Notes under the pieces: generated by a model
Database searches by the model: none
The model's input: the letters and a program-made list of their open reading frames with translations, nothing else
Told to the model about the DNA's origin: nothing
Source of the DNA: Candidatus Woesearchaeota archaeon
GTDB taxonomy: Archaea > Nanobdellota > Nanobdellia > Pacearchaeales > GW2011-AR1
Length of the DNA: 10,789 nt
Assembly: GCA_964519415.1 (NCBI GenBank)
Contig: CAZFJM010000002.1
Span: forward strand, 51,973 to 62,761
Reading direction: 5' to 3'
Made by a program: the position numbers and the translations under genes
Shown here: one piece after another, positions 1 to 5,441 of the stretch
How positions within the stretch are numbered: position 1 is the stretch's first letter
Layout of the letters: each line of letters opens with the position of its first letter

Positions 1-366
1 CAACTAATCTGTTTAGCAATATTAGTAGGTACAGACTACAATCCTGGCGGAGTTAAAGGCATAGGACAGAAAAGAGCTCTTGAAATCGTTCAGAAATACC
101 AATACCCCGTACCTATCTTCGAGTTTGTAGCTAACTCTGACAAATATTCATTAGAATTCGACTGGCAAGAAGTTTACAAACAATTCAAAGAATTCAAAAC
201 AAAAACTACTGAGAAAATACCTGAATTAAATATTAATAAAGAAAAAGTAATTGAAATTTTAGTAAACAGACATGACTTCTCAAAAGAAAGAATTGACTCT
301 GCTTTAGATAAACTTAAAGTCCTAGAAGAAAACAAAAAACAAAAAGGATTGCACGAATTCTGGTAA
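1..366 (+). CDS. fen1: Flap endonuclease FEN1, C-terminal part; the 5' end lies outside the window
   Basis: Frame 1 is open from base 1 to TAA at 364-366. The translation QLICLAILVGTDYNPGGVKGIGQKRALEIVQKY matches the H3TH region typical of FEN1/XPG nucleases. It ends in QKGLHEFW, a canonical C-terminal PCNA-interacting PIP box (QxxLxxFW). It is missing from the supplied ORF track because no start codon lies in the window. Confidence 0.85.
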   Translation, partial: QLICLAILVGTDYNPGGVKGIGQKRALEIVQKYQYPVPIFEFVANSDKYSLEFDWQEVYKQFKEFKTKTTEKIPELNINKEKVIEILVNRHDFSKERIDSALDKLKVLEENKKQKGLHEFW

Positions 367-444
367 ATTGGAGCGAGAAATCTAGGATTTTATCGAATAT
401 AAACACATATATAATCTAATGTATATATTGAAAAATATATTTGC

Positions 445-453
445 TTTTAAATT
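445..453 (+). promoter_or_regulatory. TATA-box-like element for the 473 gene
   Basis: TTTTAAATT ends about 19-20 nt upstream of ATG 473. The spacing is close to the other putative leaderless promoters in the window. Confidence 0.45.
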
Positions 454-472
454 AAAATTCTTCTAGAAAATT

Positions 473-1096
473 ATGAAAATGCCAAATATACAAGAGATAA
501 AAGATAAAGTATCTAATGTAAAAGTACCTCAAAAATTGAAAGAAGATCTTTCTTTTGCAGGAAATACTGCTCTATTTTTAGCTTCTCCCCCAGTTTATGC
601 TGCTAAAAAAGGATTTACGTCTCAACCAAATGAAAATTGGTATGAAAAATCAAGACGTGCAACTTTTAATTTTATTGGTACAGGTATATTGTGTATACTT
701 GGAAGCGGAATAACCGATGATATGTTTACAAGATTCGGTAGAGATAGAACAGTTGAAAATAGCGAAATAAGAGTAACTTATGAATTCGGAAGCCTATTAT
801 TCTCACAAAGATGGAACTGGGAAGTAAAAGATGATTCATTAATGAGAAAAGCACTCCTTCCATTTGAAAGAATCTTAAACCAAAAAAACACATATGGTAA
901 ATCTAATCAAAGAACAGAATTTGAAGGCAAGATAAAAAGAAACGGATTAGATTTTATAGTAGAAGGATATATGCCCGTAACAACAAACGTAACTGACATA
1001 TCAACAGCAGATTTAAGTAAATATACTTACAAAATGTATTTAGGCCGACCTACTCAAAATAATATAGATTTATTATATGGATTAGATAAAAAATAA
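473..1096 (+). CDS. Hypothetical protein, 207 aa, with one central hydrophobic segment (FIGTGILCILGSGI)
   Basis: Long ORF with a TATA-like box at leaderless spacing. I recognise no family motif. A second in-frame ATG lies at 479. Confidence 0.6.
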   Translation: MKMPNIQEIKDKVSNVKVPQKLKEDLSFAGNTALFLASPPVYAAKKGFTSQPNENWYEKSRRATFNFIGTGILCILGSGITDDMFTRFGRDRTVENSEIRVTYEFGSLLFSQRWNWEVKDDSLMRKALLPFERILNQKNTYGKSNQRTEFEGKIKRNGLDFIVEGYMPVTTNVTDISTADLSKYTYKMYLGRPTQNNIDLLYGLDKK

Positions 1097-1098
1097 TT

Positions 1099-1569
1099 CT
1101 AAAGTTTTCCTTCTGGAAATTTATCCATAAAAGATTGCAATAAAGTATTGTAAACATGAGAATTAATACCTGAAGAATGTCTTTCTAAAATCTCCGGATT
1201 ATATTCTAGACTAAAATAACCACCTATTGCTGCACCAACTGCCGTGCTCCTACTTAATCCGGCATAACAATGAACCATAATATCTTCAAAATTACCTTTT
1301 TGTCTATCTAAAAAACGACAGATATTATTTGAATGCTTTTTACCAAATAAAACAAACTTCCCATAAGTTTCCCTATCTTTACTAACAGTCATAGGAGTAA
1401 GATCATCGAAAACCAAAGATAATAGCCCAACGTATAATTCTTTATTTAAAGTACCATAAGACTCACTTTCCCAAGCCCTACAACGTTTTGAACTCATACA
1501 TCGAATAACAATTGTTTTCTTATCTGGAATAAAATTCTTAGCACTAACAACATCTAGAACATGTATCAT
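1099..1569 (-). CDS. Cysteine-dependent protein phosphatase (dual-specificity / tyrosine phosphatase superfamily), 156 aa, no signal peptide
   Basis: P-loop VHCYAGLSRSTAVGAA matches the HCX5R(S/T) signature (Cys101 codon at 1267-1269, Arg107). Upstream LSLVFDDL supplies a candidate general-acid Asp. The layout resembles small prokaryotic predicted tyrosine phosphatases. Confidence 0.8.
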   Translation of the reverse strand: MIHVLDVVSAKNFIPDKKTIVIRCMSSKRCRAWESESYGTLNKELYVGLLSLVFDDLTPMTVSKDRETYGKFVLFGKKHSNNICRFLDRQKGNFEDIMVHCYAGLSRSTAVGAAIGGYFSLEYNPEILERHSSGINSHVYNTLLQSFMDKFPEGKL

Positions 1570-1577
1570 CTTAAGAA

Positions 1578-3185
1578 TTATTTCTTCTTTTTCAAAGCAG
1601 ACATCTTAACTACTTTTACAGAGGAATTTGCTGCTTTTCTTTTCTTAGCAACAAACCAGTAAGCTAATCCTACAAGAATTAAGAATACAAGGATTCCTAA
1701 AGAAACTCTACCTGTAGTTGTACCTATTACATTACCTGTAATCGTACTGAATCTACTTGGTTGTTCTTCTTCAACTTCAGAAACTGTAGAATTTGTTTGA
1801 TTAGCTACAGTAGTATTTGATGTAGTTGGAATAGTAGCATTAACTGTAACATTTGTTTGATTAGTTACTGTTCTTCTAGAACTTCCACCACCGCCACCAG
1901 TATTACCGTCGTTATTATCGCCGGATCCACCAGTTGATTTGATTTCAAATTCAGCTAAAGTAGTCTTGTTTAATAATTCATTAGTAGAACTGTAAAGAGA
2001 TAAGTTTAATGTATAATTACCTGCTGCTAATCCTGTAGGAACAGAATAATTTGTTGGTAAATCTAAAGAACTGTTAGCTGTGAAATTAGATTCATTTACT
2101 AAAACGTTTCCATTATATAATTGGAAATTCAATAATAAAGGATAAACTTCAGAACTTACATTAACAGTAACATTATCTCCAGAAGTTGTTTCATTATCAG
2201 CATCATCTGTAACGTTATTAACAACAGTAGTATTTACATAAATAGTAACTGTAACTGTTGAACTATTTTTATCTAAATCTGTAATATAATATGTGAAGCT
2301 ATCAGTACCTATAAAACTTGTATTTGGAGTATAAATGAAACTACCATCGCTATCTAAGTTTAAAGAACCATTAACTGTAGTATTTACTAATTCAACAAAT
2401 AAATAATCTCCATCAGCATCAACATCATTAGCCTTAACACCTGCAGAAGCACTAACATTCAATTCCCCTAAAGAAGTAGAATATGTGTCATTCATTGCAA
2501 CCGGATTAGAATTGTTTCCAATAACAATAATAGCTCTAGCAGAAGTACTATTAGAATAACCATCAGATAATAAATAATCGAAATAGTCTACACCACTAGC
2601 ATTAGTTAAAGTTGTTGCATAAGTAAATGCACCCATTCCACCTATATGAAGATTAGAAAGATTTCCTTTGTGAGGTTCATTAGTAATATAGAAGTATACT
2701 GTGTCTCCATCTGGATCACCATCAAGATTATTTAATAAACCAGGAGCGCCTACCTGTAAAGATCCATTAGCAAGAGGTAAAGAATATGATTCACCATAAA
2801 CAAGAGGGACACTATTATTTATACCCAACCATACTCTAGTTGTAGTAGAATTATTAACTCCATCATTAGCAATATAATCGAAATAGTCTACACCACTAAA
2901 GTTAGTGAAAATTGTTGCATAAGTAAAGGAACCCAATCCTCCAGAAATAAGATCATTGAAAAAATAAATTGCACCATGTAAAGTTTCGTTAGAAACTAAA
3001 TAAACATCAGTAATATTAGGTTTAGATAAATCATTATTCAAAACTCCAGGAGCTCTAACTTGTAAAGACTCTTCAGAAGAATTTAAACTAAAATAATCAA
3101 CAGATGTATCAACAGCTGCGCTAACACTAGAAACTAATAAAAATAATGATACAAAAACAAAGGAAAGAACATTAAAATTCTTCAT
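1578..3185 (-). CDS. Cadherin-like / bacterial-Ig-like repeat surface adhesin, N-glycoprotein with C-terminal transmembrane anchor (535 aa)
   Basis: I chose the ATG at 3185 (MKNFNVLSFVFVSLFLLVSSVSAAV, a clear signal peptide), preceded by AGGGAG at 3193-3198. There are three repeat modules with an xGVLxNDxDxDGD-type start and a GxDxFxYxxxD-type end: LQVRAPGVLNND..., LQVGAPGLLNNLDGDPDGD..., and AGVKANDVDADGD...DSDGSFIYTPNTSFIGTDSFTYYITD. I count about 36 N-x-S/T sequons by hand. A Gly-rich linker is followed by a C-terminal TM (LGILVFLILVGLAYWFVA) and a basic tail KKRK. Confidence 0.8.
   Translation of the reverse strand: MKNFNVLSFVFVSLFLLVSSVSAAVDTSVDYFSLNSSEESLQVRAPGVLNNDLSKPNITDVYLVSNETLHGAIYFFNDLISGGLGSFTYATIFTNFSGVDYFDYIANDGVNNSTTTRVWLGINNSVPLVYGESYSLPLANGSLQVGAPGLLNNLDGDPDGDTVYFYITNEPHKGNLSNLHIGGMGAFTYATTLTNASGVDYFDYLLSDGYSNSTSARAIIVIGNNSNPVAMNDTYSTSLGELNVSASAGVKANDVDADGDYLFVELVNTTVNGSLNLDSDGSFIYTPNTSFIGTDSFTYYITDLDKNSSTVTVTIYVNTTVVNNVTDDADNETTSGDNVTVNVSSEVYPLLLNFQLYNGNVLVNESNFTANSSLDLPTNYSVPTGLAAGNYTLNLSLYSSTNELLNKTTLAEFEIKSTGGSGDNNDGNTGGGGGSSRRTVTNQTNVTVNATIPTTSNTTVANQTNSTVSEVEEEQPSRFSTITGNVIGTTTGRVSLGILVFLILVGLAYWFVAKKRKAANSSVKVVKMSALKKKK
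1791..1864. repeat. Short direct repeat in the Asn/Thr-rich stalk of the adhesin gene
   Basis: ATTTGTTTGATTAG occurs at 1791-1804 and again at 1851-1864 (60-nt period). It encodes the NQTN(V/S)T-type sequon-rich stalk. Confidence 0.7.
2571..2940. repeat. Tandem intragenic duplication with a 300-nt period (adhesin repeat modules 1 and 2)
   Basis: 2571-2640 aligns with 2871-2940 at 59/70 identical bases by manual alignment, including a 25-nt identical run ATAATCGAAATAGTCTACACCACTA. The protein equivalents are GGMGAFTYATTLTNASGVDYFDYLLSDG and GGLGSFTYATIFTNFSGVDYFDYIANDG. Confidence 0.85.
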
Positions 3186-3186
3186 A

Positions 3187-3513
3187 TTAATTCTCCCTAA
3201 CACGGTATACTCTATTTGTAGTAAGATAAGGTTCAAAAACATAAACATTTTGAACACGAGCAGGAAATGTATTAACTAAATTAGTATTAGACAAAGAATC
3301 AGTCCAAGAAGCACTATCTGCTAAATTAGTAGTTGATTGAACTTTGTAAGATCTAGTATCTCCAGCATCTAGTTTAACATCTAACTTAACTCGAGAATAA
3401 TTATCTGAAGATAAAATACTGATTCCTGTAAAAACTGGTGGTTGTGGAGCACTAGCAGCAGCAGAAGCTAACATAGCCAATCCGCCAATTGCTGATTTTA
3501 TTTTATTTACCAT
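3187..3513 (-). CDS. Small secreted protein (108 aa) with signal peptide, predicted beta-rich
   Basis: The N-terminus MVNKIKSAIGGLAMLASAAASA-PQPP looks like a cleavable signal peptide. The stop at 3187 lies 1 nt before the adhesin start at 3185, so the two are co-transcribed. A TATA box ends 21 nt upstream of the ATG. The motif YKVQSTTNL...SW...VYRV resembles a small beta-sandwich pattern seen at the ends of many uncharacterised surface proteins; this is from memory and is not a named family. Confidence 0.65.
   Translation of the reverse strand: MVNKIKSAIGGLAMLASAAASAPQPPVFTGISILSSDNYSRVKLDVKLDAGDTRSYKVQSTTNLADSASWTDSLSNTNLVNTFPARVQNVYVFEPYLTTNRVYRVREN
3193..3198 (-). promoter_or_regulatory. 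Shine-Dalgarno-like site for the adhesin gene
   Basis: The minus strand reads AGGGAG, 7 nt upstream of ATG 3185. It lies inside the 3' end of the preceding gene. Confidence 0.5.
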
Positions 3514-3534
3514 AAATATTTCAGAAAAACAGGG

Positions 3535-3549
3535 TATTTAAATCTTTCG
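3535..3549 (-). promoter_or_regulatory. BRE/TATA promoter element for the 3513 unit
   Basis: The minus strand reads CGAAAGATTTAAATA. This 15-mer is identical to 9293-9307. The TATA box ends 21 nt before ATG 3513, giving a leaderless geometry. Confidence 0.65.
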
Positions 3550-3562
3550 GTTCTGATGTAAC

Positions 3563-3597
3563 TATTGAATGACAACAAAATGAAGAATTAATCTTTC
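3563..3597 (-). promoter_or_regulatory. Second, upstream promoter-like element containing the TTGTTGTCA box
   Basis: The minus strand reads GAAAGATTAATTCTTCATTTTGTTGTCATTCAATA. It has a degenerate AAAGAT+AT-rich box followed by TTGTTGTCAYTCAATA, and the same 16-mer with one mismatch occurs at 9274-9289. Confidence 0.4.
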
Positions 3598-4298
3598 TCC
3601 GTCACATTTATCCAATCAATAGAAACATAACTATTCTTTTTAGAAGACAATCCTAAATGAGGAGCATTTATGTAAAATGTATATTCACCATCTTCAACAA
3701 ACAAATCACTTGTATTAAACTCAGCAGAAACTATTTGCCAATTACTTACATTTGTCCTATTAATAGAAGCAGTATAAGCAACTTGTGTAATATACTCTTC
3801 ATAAGATGAAGCCTTTGCACCTATAATTAAAGAATCATTTCTAGGCAAATTATCCTTAATATTAATAGCAATAGTAATATTACCTTTAGAATATTCTGCA
3901 GGAACATTAAAATAAACCATCGGCGCAGTCAAATTTCTATGACTCACATTTTCTTTCAAAGAAGAAACTCTTTCAGAAGGAAATAAAACAGGACTTTTAA
4001 ATTCCTGAATACCACCTAGATCATAAAAATAATTAACTTCTGAAGCAGTATTAAAATTAGAATAAATAACAAAACCAAAGAAGATTATTGGAATAACCAA
4101 TATCAAACCCTTAAGCAATTTAGCCTTAAGAGAATCGTTTGTCCTATATAAAATAGCAAACAATGCAACTAAAAAAATCATCAATAAAGAAACTACATAA
4201 ACATTAAACCCTAAAAAGAAAGGAACAATCAAATTAGCCAAAGCAACTAAAGCAAACAAAACTAAAAATCCAATAGCTAAATTTCTATTTATCCTCAT
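3588..4298 (-). CDS. Integral membrane protein (236 aa): three N-terminal TM helices plus a C-terminal extracytoplasmic sequon-rich domain
   Basis: TM segments are LAIGFLVLFALVALANLIVPFFL, VYVVSLLMIFLVALFAILY and LILVIPIIFFGFVIY. After them come several N-x-S/T sites (NVS, NLT, NIT, NDS, NRT, NVS, NTS, NVT). The start at 4298 lies 1 nt after the stop (4300) of the upstream coiled-coil gene. Confidence 0.7.
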   Translation of the reverse strand: MRINRNLAIGFLVLFALVALANLIVPFFLGFNVYVVSLLMIFLVALFAILYRTNDSLKAKLLKGLILVIPIIFFGFVIYSNFNTASEVNYFYDLGGIQEFKSPVLFPSERVSSLKENVSHRNLTAPMVYFNVPAEYSKGNITIAINIKDNLPRNDSLIIGAKASSYEEYITQVAYTASINRTNVSNWQIVSAEFNTSDLFVEDGEYTFYINAPHLGLSSKKNSYVSIDWINVTEKD

Positions 4299-4299
4299 T

Positions 4300-5343
4300 T
4301 TAATCAGACATAGATTTTATAATGCTATTAAAAAAACCCTTCTCCTCCTGTTTTTCTAATTTCTTAACTGGCTTTTTCACAACTTTAGATTTCTTTGAAA
4401 CTTCTTTAGCAGGAGTAAATTCGACCTTAATCTCAGGAGACTCATCAGCTAAAAGAGAAACTAAATTTGAAAATAAACTCTTATCTTTTTTAGATTGTAC
4501 TTTGACAGATTTAACTTGAACTTCCTTAACTTCTTTCTTTTCACCTTCATCAGATAAAATACCAACAAACTTACTAAAAAATCCAGGCTTGCTTTCCTTT
4601 TTAGATTCTTTAACAACAACTTTCTTTACTGGAACTTCTTCTACTCCAATTTCTTTATTTACTCTTCCTTTAATATAAGCAATTTGGCCTCTTAATCTTG
4701 CAAGCTCTTCATCATTTGAAGCTTTCAAATCATTAAACTTTCTCTCAGAGCTAGATAATATCTCTTTCTTACTTCTACTATAATGTCCTTCAAGTTCAAC
4801 AGAATAATTCTCAAGATTAGCACTATATTGGTCCATCAAACTATTTTGTTCAGAAATACTTCTTTTAGTAGAAGTCTTCAAAGCTCTCATTTCAGAGATA
4901 GCCTTTTTATCCAACTTAGCAAAATTAGCTCTCATTTCAGCCAAACCAGTATTAAGCTTAGCTTCATTAGCACTAGACCATTTATTCTTAAATGAATTCA
5001 ATTCTTCCTTCAATTCTTTATTTTCTAGCTTAACTAACTTCAAACCAACATTAATTTTTTCATTAAAAAGAGGCATAACTTCCTTCAAAACTTCTCTCTT
5101 CAAAGAATCTCTTGCCATATCTTTCTTGAATTTTTTAAAACTAGAATCATTGGAATCAACTTTCTTATTCAAATCAGCAAGATCTTTAGAAAGAGTACTA
5201 TTTTTCAAACTAACAGAAATCTCATCAATTCTTTTCTTAATTTCATCGTTGTCAGCTTTAGCAGCTTTGAAAGAATTACGAATCTTTTCTTCGATTACAG
5301 CAGTTCTTTTATCCAACTCCAAACTTAAATTTATGAAAGTCAT
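4300..5343 (-). CDS. Lys/Glu-rich coiled-coil protein (347 aa) with three C-terminal amphipathic repeats
   Basis: About 230 aa are heptad-like and K/E/L/N-rich with no TM. They are followed by GFFSKFVGILSDE (4546-4584), SLFSNLVSLLADE (4441-4479) and GFFNSIIKSMSD (4303-4338), separated by KVKE-rich linkers. The promoter has leaderless geometry. Confidence 0.75.
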   Translation of the reverse strand: MTFINLSLELDKRTAVIEEKIRNSFKAAKADNDEIKKRIDEISVSLKNSTLSKDLADLNKKVDSNDSSFKKFKKDMARDSLKREVLKEVMPLFNEKINVGLKLVKLENKELKEELNSFKNKWSSANEAKLNTGLAEMRANFAKLDKKAISEMRALKTSTKRSISEQNSLMDQYSANLENYSVELEGHYSRSKKEILSSSERKFNDLKASNDEELARLRGQIAYIKGRVNKEIGVEEVPVKKVVVKESKKESKPGFFSKFVGILSDEGEKKEVKEVQVKSVKVQSKKDKSLFSNLVSLLADESPEIKVEFTPAKEVSKKSKVVKKPVKKLEKQEEKGFFNSIIKSMSD

Positions 5344-5350
5344 TATAAAA

Positions 5351-5377
5351 TGACAACAGAAATACTATTTAAACCTT
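5351..5377 (-). promoter_or_regulatory. BRE/TATA promoter plus TGTTGTCA box for the 5343 unit
   Basis: The minus strand reads AAGGTTTAAATA-GTATTTC-TGTTGTCA-TTTTATA-ATG. The TATA box (5366-5373) ends 22 nt before ATG 5343. Confidence 0.6.
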
Positions 5378-5403
5378 GTTATATAAAAAATTTGTTAAAA
5401 AGC

Positions 5404-5414
5404 CTTTTTAAATA
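5404..5414 (+). promoter_or_regulatory. TATA-box-like promoter for the helicase gene (divergent from the 5343 unit)
   Basis: CTTTTTAAATA ends 27 nt upstream of ATG 5442, which suggests a very short leader. Confidence 0.5.
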
Positions 5415-5441
5415 GTCGAATCACAGATTATAAATAAAAAG

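Noticed and set aside
405-428. AT-only inverted repeat (ATATATA ... TATATAT with an 8-nt loop) downstream of the FEN1 gene, considered as a terminator hairpin or regulatory palindrome.
   Set aside because: Alternating AT is trivially self-complementary. The stem is 7 A-T pairs with negligible stability, and archaeal termination does not require hairpins. I treat it as low-complexity promoter-region DNA.
2571-2940. Possibility that the 300-nt-offset repeat is a template/variable repeat pair of a diversity-generating retroelement, a type of element reported in DPANN-like archaea.
   Set aside because: The 11 mismatches in the 70-nt core are not adenine-specific on either strand (g/a, c/a, a/g, t/g, t/a and others). 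Both copies are in-frame modules of the same gene, and no reverse transcriptase is present in the window.
3186-3257. The ORF track extends the adhesin ORF to 3257 (N-terminus MFKMFMFLNLILLQIEYTVLGRIN...), overlapping the 3' end of the 3187..3513 gene.
   Set aside because: The internal ATG at 3185 gives a textbook signal peptide and has an AGGGAG SD 7 nt upstream. It starts 1 nt after the stop codon of the upstream gene. The extension would overlap that gene by 71 nt and adds a non-signal-like hydrophobic stretch.
3551-3560. CTGATGT on the plus strand, and GTGATGG on the minus strand near 9228-9236, as possible C boxes of C/D-box sRNAs.
   Set aside because: Neither matches RUGAUGA fully. No D box (CUGA) or C'/D' pair occurs at sRNA-appropriate spacing, and there are no terminal complementary stems.
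4322-5353. Plus-strand ORFs 4322..4519, 4783..4995 and 5126..5353 lying antisense to the coiled-coil gene.
   Set aside because: They are short Ser/Leu/Phe-rich translations, typical of the complement of K/E-rich coding DNA. None has a promoter box or SD, and all sit entirely inside a much longer, well-supported ORF.
5376-5396. Direct repeat TTGTTA at 5376-5381 and 5391-5396 on the plus strand in the divergent intergenic region, considered as a plus-strand version of the TGTTGT box.
   Set aside because: These are hexamers only. They lie upstream of the helicase TATA rather than downstream, are on the opposite strand to the other boxes, and are easily produced by chance in AT-rich DNA.
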